A DNA stretch of 64,000 nt from Bacteroidota bacterium (GCA_023399295.1 JAEWQF010000032.1:2209-66208); one strand, 5' to 3'. Counted from the first letter of the stretch, positions 1-9,772 are shown. Made by a program: numbers and translations. Notes: generated by a model from the letters alone, not told the origin.

Positions 1-1
1 C

Positions 2-763
2 ACCCACTGCACCCACGGTGTCGCAGAAACAGAGGTTTTCACCCTCCAGCCACTTCTGAAAAGGGACTTCGTCCCATGCGGGTGAGAGTCCGGTGTTGAA
101 GAGTATCTTCCTGTTGCCTAGTTCTTTGAATTGTTCCTCATGTAACAATACCGTGTTTCTGTTCAGGCAGCAACAGATAACTTCGCACTCACTGAGCAGT
201 TGGTTCAGCGGCAGGAAACGATAACCTTTCTCGCGGGCATCCGCTTTTTCTCTGCGGGCGAAATAGCTGATCTCGGCACCAAAGAAGTGCAGTGCATCGG
301 CGATCATGCCACCCGACTTGCCAAGTCCCACGATGCCTGCCTTCAGGCCGGTGATCTCCCGTGGCATGTCGTCCCACGGCTTCTGATCAAAGCCATGTAG
401 GCAACGTACCAGTTCACTGACCACATACTCCACCACCCCCTCATCGCCATAATCGCGTATGCCGGTAACGGTGATGCCGCGGCCGTTGGCATAATGGATG
501 TCCACGTTGGCGCTCTCAGGGGTGTAGAGGGAGCAGCACATGCCGACGTACTTCAGGTTGTCGCATTTTTCCAGCACCTGTTTTTCCAGTCGGGAGGTAT
601 AGCTGATCAGCACCGCATCGGCATCACCTATACGGTCGATGATCTCCTGATCGCTTTCCGGAATTGAGTCATGCAGAATCACTTCACGGGCAAAGCTACC
701 CAGTGCTTCCACTGCTGAGGGAATGAGGCCTGTTGGCTCGATGGCCACAATTTTCTGGAACAT
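2..763 (-). CDS. D-isomer-specific 2-hydroxyacid dehydrogenase-like NAD(P)-binding protein (atypical; 3' end outside window)
   Basis: Not in the ORF track because it runs off the window. Manual translation from the ATG at 763 gives MFQKIVAIEP...DADAVLISY...NLKYVGMCCSLY...GITVTGIRDYG...KAGIVGLGKSG (Rossmann GxGxxG)...LNQLLSECEVI; open to the window edge. Confidence 0.8.
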   Translation of the reverse strand, partial: MFQKIVAIEPTGLIPSAVEALGSFAREVILHDSIPESDQEIIDRIGDADAVLISYTSRLEKQVLEKCDNLKYVGMCCSLYTPESANVDIHYANGRGITVTGIRDYGDEGVVEYVVSELVRCLHGFDQKPWDDMPREITGLKAGIVGLGKSGGMIADALHFFGAEISYFARREKADAREKGYRFLPLNQLLSECEVICCCLNRNTVLLHEEQFKELGNRKILFNTGLSPAWDEVPFQKWLEGENLCFCDTVGAVG

Positions 764-797
764 ATTTTCTGAATTGGTTCGGTTTCCTTGATGTGAT

Positions 798-805
798 CAA
801 ATATA
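798..805 (-). promoter_or_regulatory. Candidate Bacteroidota primary-sigma -7 element (TATATTTG) for the dehydrogenase
   Basis: TAnnTTTG on the minus strand, about 35 nt upstream of the ATG at 763. Confidence 0.4.
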
Positions 806-846
806 ACATATTATTCCCTGTAAAGCAAATATTGAACGGAAGCCTC

Positions 847-2892
847 TCAATATATCTTCAGGGTGATACCTCCCGAAAGCCAGAAGCCAGGTTGGGGGAT
901 GTTGCCAATATCTACATGGGTTGTATTGAAGAGGTTATTGGCATGTATGAATAGATCCGCACTCCTTATCCGGTACAGCGCTTTCAGGTCGAGGATTGAA
1001 TATGGTTCGTATCCCACCAGCTCACCCGGGTTCCCATCGATATATTGGACATAGCTGCCTGCACGTTCCTGCCAGCGAAAATGCCATGAGAGAGATAGGT
1101 TTCCTGTCAGTCGGTGGTACAGAGAGGCCGTGAACTTATGCCGGAGGTGATTCAGCGTGTAGTTGGAAATCAGATTGTCATCAACCCTCTCCTGTTGCAG
1201 GTAGAGGTAACCTGTCTTGAAAGCTGTAAAGGGTTGATTCGCTCCCAGCCACTCCCTCAGGTCGAACTGCATGTTCGCTTCAAATCCCTTTTTGTGGATA
1301 CGGGTGTGGTTCGTAGACTCCCACAGTGCCTCGGGCGATGATTTCACCCAGTCGATCATGTTGAGTCCTTTCATGTAGAACGCTGTAAAGTTGGCTTTCA
1401 CCACCGGGTGGGTATAACGGAGTCCCGCTTCCAGTGCCTCCGACTCTTCCGCCTTCAGGTTGCTGTTGCCAGCATGTGTCGCGGTGGTATAATAGAGATC
1501 GGTAAAGGTGGGCATGCGACTGGCTCTGATCCAGGAAGCAAAGAGGGTAAGCTGCCTGTTTGCCCGTAGCGAGGCGTTCAATGCGGGATAGAAATTATAC
1601 TGGTCTGCAAGTGCCGTATGGTGGTGCAGCAAGCCTCCCATTGAGAAGGTGAAACGGCGGTAGATGAAGTTGTGTTCCAGAAAATAGCTGATGCTGGTGC
1701 GGTTGTCCGCCTTGCTGTATTTTCCAATGGTCTCTTCCATCGGTTTGCCCAGCACACTGCTCAGGATGCCCTCGTTGCGGAACTCACCGCCGAAGCTGGT
1801 GATTCCCCACAATGATGCATATTGCATATTGAGGTTCATTCCGAAGAGATCACTGCGGTGGTAGTTGTGGTCCTTGTACCAGTCGGGGCGATTGGGAGTA
1901 CCGTCACGTATCAGTTGAAACTCGTCGTAGTGTCGACTCCAGTAGATATGGGGTGTCATTTTCAGTTTCCCGGTTGTTTCTCCCTTGAGCGATAGGAAGA
2001 GCGCCCTGGTGTCATCGAACTGATTGGGGCATGCCGCACTATAGAAGGTGTTTGCACCATAGGCTTTGTTGTTCAGCCCTGCCTGAACATCGACGTGCGA
2101 GTCGTTCAGTTCAAAGTGGCTCTGCAGCAATAGGTTGGAGATGTTGTAGTCGCTGTTGGGGATATAGCCATCACTCTGTTTGAAGCCGGCAGAAAGGGTG
2201 TGCAGCTGTCTTTCTTTTCTGTAGGCCGCTCGTGCTTCTGCACCAAAGAGACCATGCATGCCACCTTCGAGTTTGACATTGCCGTTACTTTTTTTGTCTT
2301 TTTTCGTGATGATGTTGATTCCACCGGAGAAGGCACCGGCACCATAGATCAGTGAAGAGGGTCCCTGCACTATTTCAATACGATCGATGTCGGAGAGGTT
2401 GATGGGGATGTCGAAGCTGTAATGACCTGTCTGGGGATTGGTGAGGTTCACACCGTTGAGGAGAATGGCTGTCTGATCGAATGAGCCGCCACGAAGTGAG
2501 ATGTCCGCCTGTACGCCGTGCGGTCCGCGTTGCAGGATATCGACTCCTGCCACATAGTGTAAAAGATCTTCAATGCTGCGAATGGGGGATCGCTCAATGT
2601 CACCGGTAGTGATCACGGTGACAATTCTGGCTGCCAGATTGAGGGGCATTGCTGCCTTTGAAGCGGTAACAACCAGCTCATCCAACTCGGTAGTGGGGAT
2701 CGAGTCGCCGGATGACTCCAGCCGGATCACCTCCGTCCGATTGTCCAGCGCAGCATGGGCACTCATCAGTGTACAGCCGCTCAGCACCCCGATCGTGATC
2801 GTTTTGTGGAGACTGTTGAAAAGACTGTAAGATTTGCGGGCAAAACGCCGGAAACGAAACGGTGTCAGCCTGTTTTTTTGTTTTCTGTTCAT
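847..2892 (-). CDS. TonB-dependent outer-membrane receptor (BtuB-like, 681 aa)
   Basis: TonB-box-like LDELVVTAS; plug motifs ISLRGG..QTAILLNG and IDRIEIVQGPSSLIYGAGAFSGGINIITKK; barrel motifs NLKAEES and NNLFN; C-terminal aromatic residue. Confidence 0.9.
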   Translation of the reverse strand: MNRKQKNRLTPFRFRRFARKSYSLFNSLHKTITIGVLSGCTLMSAHAALDNRTEVIRLESSGDSIPTTELDELVVTASKAAMPLNLAARIVTVITTGDIERSPIRSIEDLLHYVAGVDILQRGPHGVQADISLRGGSFDQTAILLNGVNLTNPQTGHYSFDIPINLSDIDRIEIVQGPSSLIYGAGAFSGGINIITKKDKKSNGNVKLEGGMHGLFGAEARAAYRKERQLHTLSAGFKQSDGYIPNSDYNISNLLLQSHFELNDSHVDVQAGLNNKAYGANTFYSAACPNQFDDTRALFLSLKGETTGKLKMTPHIYWSRHYDEFQLIRDGTPNRPDWYKDHNYHRSDLFGMNLNMQYASLWGITSFGGEFRNEGILSSVLGKPMEETIGKYSKADNRTSISYFLEHNFIYRRFTFSMGGLLHHHTALADQYNFYPALNASLRANRQLTLFASWIRASRMPTFTDLYYTTATHAGNSNLKAEESEALEAGLRYTHPVVKANFTAFYMKGLNMIDWVKSSPEALWESTNHTRIHKKGFEANMQFDLREWLGANQPFTAFKTGYLYLQQERVDDNLISNYTLNHLRHKFTASLYHRLTGNLSLSWHFRWQERAGSYVQYIDGNPGELVGYEPYSILDLKALYRIRSADLFIHANNLFNTTHVDIGNIPQPGFWLSGGITLKIY

Positions 2893-2933
2893 TGTAAGGG
2901 ATTTAATAATAGAATAGCGATCAAAGATACAAC

Positions 2934-3467
2934 TTAAAACGAGAATATTGAAAAATGAACATTGCCATAATGACGAAGTTCAACGAAGTGTGGGAGCTGT
3001 GAGAAGTCGTACTTGCTGGAGTGCTCCATGATGAAGAAACCGCCTTCGTTCACCAGCTCCTTGCGGATGATCAGCTCGGGGATTGTCTCCAGATCAGGCA
3101 AATCATAAGGGGGATCTGCAAAAATCAGGTCGAACTGCTGTGAGGCATGCTGCAGGTATTTGAAGACATCAGATTTCAACGGAAACAGCTCCTTGGCACC
3201 CAACAACTCCTGCGTCTTGCAGATGAAATTGTAGTGCAGCTGGTTCATCTCCACGCTCACCACATAAGATGCACCACGTGAGATCAGTTCAAAAGCAATG
3301 CTACCCGTGCCGGAGAAGAGATCCAGTGCGGTGAGATCTTCCCACTCCATCCAGTTGCTCAGTACATTGAAGAGCCCCTCTTTTGCAAAATCGGTGGTAG
3401 GACGCGCTTTCAGGTTTGCAGGCACCTGTATCCGCCTTGACTTGTATTTGCCGCTGATTATTCGCAT
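2934..3467 (-). CDS. rsmD: 16S rRNA m2G966 methyltransferase RsmD
   Basis: MRIISGKYK, RPTTD..KEGLFN, LDLFSGTGSI, FADPPY. Confidence 0.93.
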   Translation of the reverse strand: MRIISGKYKSRRIQVPANLKARPTTDFAKEGLFNVLSNWMEWEDLTALDLFSGTGSIAFELISRGASYVVSVEMNQLHYNFICKTQELLGAKELFPLKSDVFKYLQHASQQFDLIFADPPYDLPDLETIPELIIRKELVNEGGFFIMEHSSKYDFSQLPHFVELRHYGNVHFSIFSF

Positions 3468-4276
3468 AACGTTGCCAGGATGTCGGTGGGTAAACGAAGC
3501 AACATCTCCCGATCAGCTTCCACACGTGGATGGATCTCAAGCTGCTTCACATTTCGGATCAGTTTTTTCAGAATCTCCATGGTGGGATGATGCGGTGTGA
3601 GATCCCCCGACAAGAAAAGATTGTCGGATGACTGGTTGAGAGACAGTTTCTCCCAGATACTGGCAATGTAAAAGGTGGTGTCGTGCGTGTGAAGGGCAGG
3701 GTAGCTGTTGGCTGAGATCAGTGTGTCACCAGAGAAGCAAACGATTGTCATACTCCGGTCATGGAAATCTACAAAGCAACACTTCTTCTCCTCTGCGCCC
3801 GCACGGGTGTGGAAGAGGTGAAGCAACGATCCTGTATGATGCAGAAAAAGGGGATTCCAGAGGCTGCGTGAAAGAAAGGAGTGCAACTCCTCGTCCATAC
3901 TGAATAGAATTCGGTAAGCACCTTCCGTGAATCTGTCGGTCAGCACACACTCAGGTTCCCCCTGGTAGATGTTGAACCTGAATAGCTCTTTCACCTTTTG
4001 CCTGTCGTAATACTCTTCCGGTACCAGGGTGAAACAGGGTGTCACTACCGTAACCGAAGTCCTTTTGAAGGGCTGGCTGAAGAATCCCAGGTCGAAGATC
4101 ACCTTCTTGATGTGATCTGTAGGTGATAGTTTGTTTCCCAGCGGGATACCCTGATGGTGAAAGATGGAAGGATCGCTCTGGCTGTGGATGCTAAAAGAAA
4201 ATCCATCCGGCGCGAGCCGAATGGATAAATTGTATTCTTCCGAATGAGCCAGATCGATATTTTCCGGTAGAAACAT
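3458..4276 (-). CDS. DUF3822 family protein
   Basis: LSIRLAPDGFSF N-terminal motif and TLVP motif; overlaps the rsmD start, the usual Bacteroidota context. Confidence 0.8.
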   Translation of the reverse strand: MFLPENIDLAHSEEYNLSIRLAPDGFSFSIHSQSDPSIFHHQGIPLGNKLSPTDHIKKVIFDLGFFSQPFKRTSVTVVTPCFTLVPEEYYDRQKVKELFRFNIYQGEPECVLTDRFTEGAYRILFSMDEELHSFLSRSLWNPLFLHHTGSLLHLFHTRAGAEEKKCCFVDFHDRSMTIVCFSGDTLISANSYPALHTHDTTFYIASIWEKLSLNQSSDNLFLSGDLTPHHPTMEILKKLIRNVKQLEIHPRVEADREMLLRLPTDILATLCE

Positions 4277-4302
4277 AGCAATTGATTGCCGGGGAATAGC
4301 GA

Positions 4303-5007
4303 TTATTCCCAGTTACCGGCGTTGTTGTTGGCTACCTCAAGTGATCCTACCTGCATGCCGGGGTACTTGTTTCCCGGACGGTCGAGCACCTCCTGAATCT
4401 TCTGGTCAAGCAGTTTCTTGTCGAGATCACCCAGATAGGTGCGGTAGTGGGTTTTTGCTTCAAACACCTGGATGGGGTATCCAGAGGCGGTGATCAGCGA
4501 ATCCACACCCATCTCAAACTGGGCACCGTTGCCAAATGGAACATATCCCAAAGAGTCAATGTTGAAATGGGTCCTGTTGGGGAAGAGCACTTCTACTGCA
4601 CTCGAGTAGATGGAATCTCTCACCAATTGAGGTGCATTTTTCTGATCGTTCCATAGACCGGCTGCTTTGATGGCTGCTTCATTTCCTGTACGGATGATCT
4701 GCATGGCCTTTTCTTCTGTCATCCCAGCTTCCAACTGCGTTTCAGTAAGATCACCCTCTTTGACCAGTGTGGCGATCTTGCCGCCCTTCACAAAAAGGGT
4801 CAATGTGTCGAAACTGGAGGTGTAACTGCCTGTCTGTCCACGCAGGGCCACCTGGGCGGTACGGATGTCAACCAGACGTTGGATCACGGCTTTGTCACGT
4901 CTCGCAACCTCTGCATTGAAATCTTCCGTTCCCTTGATGCTTTGCCAGCAGATGTAAGCTAAAAGAACAATGGCTATTGCTAGAAGCACTTTCATTACAA
5001 CTTTCAT
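4303..5007 (-). CDS. Conserved hypothetical protein with N-terminal membrane anchor
   Basis: 234 aa ORF; hydrophobic N-terminus; VIQRLVDIR and C-terminal QVGSL..NNAGNWE motifs; first gene of the operon with DUF3822 and rsmD. Confidence 0.75.
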   Translation of the reverse strand: MKVVMKVLLAIAIVLLAYICWQSIKGTEDFNAEVARRDKAVIQRLVDIRTAQVALRGQTGSYTSSFDTLTLFVKGGKIATLVKEGDLTETQLEAGMTEEKAMQIIRTGNEAAIKAAGLWNDQKNAPQLVRDSIYSSAVEVLFPNRTHFNIDSLGYVPFGNGAQFEMGVDSLITASGYPIQVFEAKTHYRTYLGDLDKKLLDQKIQEVLDRPGNKYPGMQVGSLEVANNNAGNWE

Positions 5008-5128
5008 GAACTATTCTTTTTTATTATTTAATGATACAGTTTCTGATTTGATTTCCAGATTTAAGAATACAAATTTAGAAAAAGAAAAAGAATTGTGCTA
5101 CTTTTACTGGAAAAATAACCAAAAAATA

Positions 5129-6556
5129 ATGATCAATCGTTTCTTTCTTGAGAAAATCAGCGACAATTTCCCATTTTCTTTTACTGATGACCAGTTGAAC
5201 GCACTGGAGCAGCTATCTGATTTTCTTTTTTCAGGGATGAATGACCAGATTTTTTTACTGACCGGTTATGCCGGTACCGGGAAATCATCGCTGATAGGGA
5301 GTCTTGTTAAAACACTGACCGCTTTCGGTCAGAAGAGCATCTTGCTGGCACCCACAGGCCGTGCTGCCAAGGTCTTCTCCAATTACGCCTCCCATCAGGC
5401 ATACACCATCCACAAGAAAATCTACCGTCAGGAGATATTCGGTGAGGGAACAGCCCATTTCTCACTGAGTGCCAACCTGCATACCCACACCCTTTTCATC
5501 GTCGATGAAGCGTCGATGATCCATAACGAATCAGCCGAGCAATCACTGTTTGGCAGCGGGCGGCTTCTGGATGACCTAATTGAGTATGTGTATGGTGCCG
5601 AAGGATGCAGGATGCTGTTGATTGGTGACAATGCCCAGCTACCGCCGGTGAAGCAGTCAATCAGTCCGGCACTCGACCGCGATGTGTTGCGCTCCTTTTC
5701 CCTGCAGGTGATGGGAGCTACACTCACCGGAATAGTCCGTCAGGCGGAGAGCTCGGGCATCTTATACAACGCCACCATGTTGCGCAATGCGTTGCTTGTC
5801 AATGATACAGAGCAGTATCCGCGGCTCAGGGTGGATGGTTTTGCAGATGTCAAGCGGATCACCGGCATGGAGCTGATTGATGCGATTGGCGACGCTTACC
5901 GGTGCGACGGGGTGGAGGAAACCATTGTGATCTCCCGTTCCAACAAGCGGGTGAACGCTTACAACAACGGCATTCGCAACAGGGTGCTCTTCCGGGAGGA
6001 GGAGCTCACTGCTGGTGACATCCTGATGATCACAAAGAACAATTACTTCTGTGTGGCCGATTATGAACAGCTCGATTTTCTGGCCAATGGCGAGTTTGTG
6101 GAGGTGCTCAGGGTGAGGGGTGAAGAGACGATGTATGGTTTTCGTTTTTGCAATGCGCTGCTTTATCACCGCGACTATGACATTGAGTTTGAGGCAAAAA
6201 TCCTGCTCGACGTGCTCCATACCGAAGTGCCCGGTCTCACCCGTGAACAGCATGAACTGCTTTTCTCCGCTGTGATGGAGGATTACGCCGATCTCACCCA
6301 GAAAAGAAAAAAAATCCGTCAGGTGAAGGAGAATCCCTATTTCAATGCCCTGCAGGTTAAGTATGGCTATGCTGTAACCTGTCACAAGGCTCAGGGGGGT
6401 GAATGGAAGAATGTGTTTCTTGACGCGGGTTACATCCAGCAATCTTACATGGGCGACAACTTCTATCGCTGGCTCTATACCTCTGTCACCCGCAGCTCCC
6501 GGAAACTCTATCTGGTGAATTTGCCCGACGATTTTGTGGAGCTTCCCAAAATATAA
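5129..6556 (+). CDS. RecD-like SF1 ATP-dependent DNA helicase / exoDNase alpha-like
   Basis: Walker A GYAGTGKS, LAPTGRAAK, VDEASM, GDNAQLPPV, YAVTCHKAQG, WLYTSVTR. Start moved to ATG 5129 to avoid overlap with the divergent gene. Confidence 0.88.
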   Translation: MINRFFLEKISDNFPFSFTDDQLNALEQLSDFLFSGMNDQIFLLTGYAGTGKSSLIGSLVKTLTAFGQKSILLAPTGRAAKVFSNYASHQAYTIHKKIYRQEIFGEGTAHFSLSANLHTHTLFIVDEASMIHNESAEQSLFGSGRLLDDLIEYVYGAEGCRMLLIGDNAQLPPVKQSISPALDRDVLRSFSLQVMGATLTGIVRQAESSGILYNATMLRNALLVNDTEQYPRLRVDGFADVKRITGMELIDAIGDAYRCDGVEETIVISRSNKRVNAYNNGIRNRVLFREEELTAGDILMITKNNYFCVADYEQLDFLANGEFVEVLRVRGEETMYGFRFCNALLYHRDYDIEFEAKILLDVLHTEVPGLTREQHELLFSAVMEDYADLTQKRKKIRQVKENPYFNALQVKYGYAVTCHKAQGGEWKNVFLDAGYIQQSYMGDNFYRWLYTSVTRSSRKLYLVNLPDDFVELPKI

Positions 6557-6634
6557 CTACATTTGCAGGGAACAAGTGGCATCAACGTTGTGTGTAAGAG
6601 CAAAAGTTGCTGCACCATCGGTTAATGGTTTCGT

Positions 6635-7303
6635 ATGATGGATAACAGGAAAGTGTATTTGAATCAACTGCTGCATGCTGTGCGGCAATTGGAAGGCATG
6701 GTGGCTCCTGCCAGTGAAAAAGAGACGCTCTCATTCTCCTTTTTCAACGATGCATTTGAACAGATGCAGCAAATCAATGGCCTGCTGCAGCGTCTGCAAT
6801 CGATGCAAATAGATGAGATGAAACAGCAAATGGAAAAGTTACTTGTCGTTCTCGCAGAGCAGTCAGAACCGGTGGTAACTGAATTCACAAATGAGATTGC
6901 AGTGAGCGATGCAAACGAAGCGTTGAGACAGCCTGAGAAGATGCATCTTCCGGGATACAGGAACCCCCGATTGAATGAATCCATTCCGGCAGGTGATCCC
7001 CAACCGATACCGAAACACACTGCCCATGAAGATATACAAGGCATCCCCTCGCTGAATGATGTGATCCAATCACCTCCCTCCCTTCTCGACTTGAAAAGGG
7101 GACTCAGCCTGAATGACCGTTTTTTGTTTCAGCGGGAGCTGTTTCACAACGACAGGGAGGAGATGAATCGCATGATGCTGCGTCTCAATGCCTTTGAAAG
7201 CTATGAAAAGGCAAGTGAGTACTTGAAAGAGACGATGGCATGGAACTTCGATGAAGCTGTCGTGAAGGATTTTCTCAGCGTCATCAAAAAGGGATTTGCT
7301 TAA
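6635..7303 (+). CDS. Conserved hypothetical protein
   Basis: 222 aa ORF with C-terminal LSLNDRFLFQRELF motif; preceded by TACATTTG (6558-6565); upstream of rsmI. Confidence 0.7.
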   Translation: MMDNRKVYLNQLLHAVRQLEGMVAPASEKETLSFSFFNDAFEQMQQINGLLQRLQSMQIDEMKQQMEKLLVVLAEQSEPVVTEFTNEIAVSDANEALRQPEKMHLPGYRNPRLNESIPAGDPQPIPKHTAHEDIQGIPSLNDVIQSPPSLLDLKRGLSLNDRFLFQRELFHNDREEMNRMMLRLNAFESYEKASEYLKETMAWNFDEAVVKDFLSVIKKGFA

Positions 7304-7318
7304 TCTGTCGCAACACAA

Positions 7319-7996
7319 ATGGGAAAACTCTATCTCATCCCCACGCCAGTAGGCAATCTGGAAGACATTACCTTCAGGGCTGTCAAACTGCTCAGGGAGT
7401 GTGACCTGATTCTTGCTGAGGACACCCGTACCAGTGGATTCCTATTGAAGCATTACGCAATTGAAACACGGATGCAGTCGCACCACAAATTCAACGAACA
7501 CCAAACAGTAACCCACCTGGTGGATCGACTGCAGGCAGGCGAACAGGTTGCGCTGATCTCGGATGCCGGTACCCCCTCCATCTCCGATCCCGGCTTCCTG
7601 TTGGTAAGAGCGTGTGTCGAGGCGGGCATCGACGTGGAATGTCTGCCCGGGGCAACCGCGTTCGTGCCGGCTCTGGTGGAGTCGGGTTTGCCGAGCGACC
7701 GTTTCTGTTTTGAAGGATTCCTTCCCCAAAAGAAAGGGCGCCAGACACGGTTAAAACAACTGGCTGAAGAGCCTCGCACCATGATCTTCTACGAATCGCC
7801 CTACCGGGTTGTGAAGAGCTTGAGCCAGCTGGCAGAGTATTTGGGAGGAGAGCGTCAGGCGTCGGTCTCACGTGAGATATCCAAGCTCTATGCCGAGACA
7901 GTAAGGGGAACCCTTGAGAGTCTGGTCATCCGTTTCACAGAGCAGGAGCCGCGAGGTGAGTTTGTGATCGTGGTAGCCGGCAACAAAAAGGGGTGA
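7319..7996 (+). CDS. rsmI: 16S rRNA C1402 2'-O-methyltransferase RsmI
   Basis: LYLIPTPVGNLEDIT, AEDTR, SDAGTPSISDPG, FEGFLP, YESPYR, REISK. Confidence 0.95.
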   Translation: MGKLYLIPTPVGNLEDITFRAVKLLRECDLILAEDTRTSGFLLKHYAIETRMQSHHKFNEHQTVTHLVDRLQAGEQVALISDAGTPSISDPGFLLVRACVEAGIDVECLPGATAFVPALVESGLPSDRFCFEGFLPQKKGRQTRLKQLAEEPRTMIFYESPYRVVKSLSQLAEYLGGERQASVSREISKLYAETVRGTLESLVIRFTEQEPRGEFVIVVAGNKKG

Positions 7997-8097
7997 ACAA
8001 ACTTATTTTGAACTCTGTTTGTTTAATGTGATGAGAAGAGACAATGTGATGAAACAAACAGCAAGTGTATTGGATTTAAAAATTATTTTTTAATCGT

Positions 8098-8952
8098 ATG
8101 AAAAAGAAATGGATTTTATTACTGCTCATGGGACTCATTGTGGTTTCATGTACAAACGTCAAGGAATCGAAGGAGTATAAAGAGCTCCAGGCACAACGTG
8201 ATTCTCTTCTGATGAGTTCAGCCGGCATCGAGTCGGAGGCTGCCGAGATGATGGCAGTGATCAGCGAGGTGGAAGCCAACTTTGCCAGGATCAGGGAAGC
8301 GGAGAAGTACATCGCCACCCAGTCAGCTCAGGGAGAAGAGATGACACAGGATACAAAACAGAGGGTTCAGGATAACTTCAAGATGATCAGTGAGATACTG
8401 CAGCGCAACAAGGCGCAGTTGGATCAGCTGAACCGCAAACAGAGTGCGGGGAACAAGGAGATTGTATCGCTGAAGAACACCATTGGCAGGCTCAATGCGG
8501 AGATGCTGGAGAGTAGCAACCGGTTGGCTGAACTACAGAGCGAGCTGGCAAAAAAAGATGAACAGATTGCCTTGCTTGCAGAAGATGTGACGGCGCTGGC
8601 TCAGGAGGCCGAACAACAATCGGCCACCATCCGTGAACAGGACAAATCGCTGCACACAGCCTACTATGTGTTTGGCACAGCCAGTGAATTGAAAGACCAA
8701 AAGATACTCTCTGGCGGATTTCTGCAACAGACCCGGGTGCTACAGGATACCTTCAACAAGGAGTATTTCCTGAAGATTGACATTCGTGAGGTGACTCAGA
8801 TTCCCCTGTATGCACCCAAAGGAAAATTGTGGTCAACCCATCCCGAGGGCACCTATGAATTTGTGAAGGAAGATGGCAAACTCATCTTCGTGATCACCGA
8901 TACGCAACGTTTCTGGAGCCTCACAAAGTATCTGATCATTGAGGTAAATTAA
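8098..8952 (+). CDS. Coiled-coil lipoprotein (Cbp1-like family, tentative)
   Basis: Lipobox VVSC; long heptad coiled coil; C-terminal domain AYYVFGT..ELK...FWSLTKYLIIEV. Confidence 0.65.
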   Translation: MKKKWILLLLMGLIVVSCTNVKESKEYKELQAQRDSLLMSSAGIESEAAEMMAVISEVEANFARIREAEKYIATQSAQGEEMTQDTKQRVQDNFKMISEILQRNKAQLDQLNRKQSAGNKEIVSLKNTIGRLNAEMLESSNRLAELQSELAKKDEQIALLAEDVTALAQEAEQQSATIREQDKSLHTAYYVFGTASELKDQKILSGGFLQQTRVLQDTFNKEYFLKIDIREVTQIPLYAPKGKLWSTHPEGTYEFVKEDGKLIFVITDTQRFWSLTKYLIIEVN

Positions 8953-8992
8953 CCGACAGCACGATCCCGTTTTAACTGTAACAAACAAATTG

Positions 8993-9023
8993 GTCGCGGA
9001 GTGAATCTGATTCACTCCGTGAC
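8993..9023. repeat. Intergenic inverted repeat (14-bp stem)
   Basis: GTCGCGGAGTGAAT-CTG-ATTCACTCCGTGAC with one G:T pair and no U-tract. Confidence 0.7.
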
Positions 9024-9034
9024 TGTTGAATAAG

Positions 9035-9727
9035 ATGCAATACCGAAATCTATTCATCGACCTGGACGATACCCTCTGGGATATCCATCAAAATGGCAGG
9101 GAGTGCCTCGAAGAGATCTACGGTGATTATGGATACACCCGTTATTATCCCACTTTTGAGGATTATTATGCAGTGTACATGCCGGAAAACAATCGTCTTT
9201 GGGCATTGTACCGCCAGGGTGAGATACGCAAAGAGGATCTCATCGTGGAACGTTTTCTGGCACCTGTCAGAGCTTTCGGCATCAACGATGCCGATTATGC
9301 GAAGCGTCTGAGCGATGATTTTCTGGATCGCACCACCCGTAAGACAAAGTTGATAGATGGCACAATGGAACTGTTGGAGTACCTGCAGCCCAGATACCGC
9401 ATGCACATTCTCTCCAATGGCTTTCGGGAGGTGCAGTATAAGAAGATTGAAAACTCAGGATTGAAGCCCTTTTTCGATAAGATCATCCTCTCGGAAGATG
9501 CCGGCATCAACAAGCCCCATCCCGATATGTTCACCTATGCCCTGAAAAACACCAACTCCCGGCGCATCCAGACGTTGATGATCGGAGACAGCTGGGATGC
9601 CGACATTGTGGGAGCCTACCAGAGCCGCATCGACCAGCTATGGTTCAACCCGACCGGTGAACCGCCAGCAGGCTTTCAACCCACCTATACGGTACGAAGC
9701 CTCGCACAGATCAGGGAAATTCTCTGA
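9035..9727 (+). CDS. yjjG: YjjG-family HAD pyrimidine nucleotidase
   Basis: HAD motifs DLDDTLWD, LSNG, KPHP and GDSWDADIVGA. Confidence 0.88.
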   Translation: MQYRNLFIDLDDTLWDIHQNGRECLEEIYGDYGYTRYYPTFEDYYAVYMPENNRLWALYRQGEIRKEDLIVERFLAPVRAFGINDADYAKRLSDDFLDRTTRKTKLIDGTMELLEYLQPRYRMHILSNGFREVQYKKIENSGLKPFFDKIILSEDAGINKPHPDMFTYALKNTNSRRIQTLMIGDSWDADIVGAYQSRIDQLWFNPTGEPPAGFQPTYTVRSLAQIREIL

Positions 9728-9772
9728 TTTGCCGGCTATCGGACCACTTCAAAGTAGATGAACCCGGTAGAA

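Noticed and set aside
2830..2860. Twin-arginine-like FRRF in the TonB receptor leader
   Set aside because: It does not match S/T-R-R-x-F-L-K, and beta-barrel proteins are exported unfolded via Sec.
2893..2933. Cobalamin riboswitch upstream of the BtuB-like receptor
   Set aside because: Only 41 nt separate the gene from rsmD, with no riboswitch motifs, so B12 specificity is unsupported.
4970..5128. N-terminal extension of the helicase ORF
   Set aside because: It overlaps the divergent gene start and the AT-rich promoter region; ATG 5129 is more plausible.
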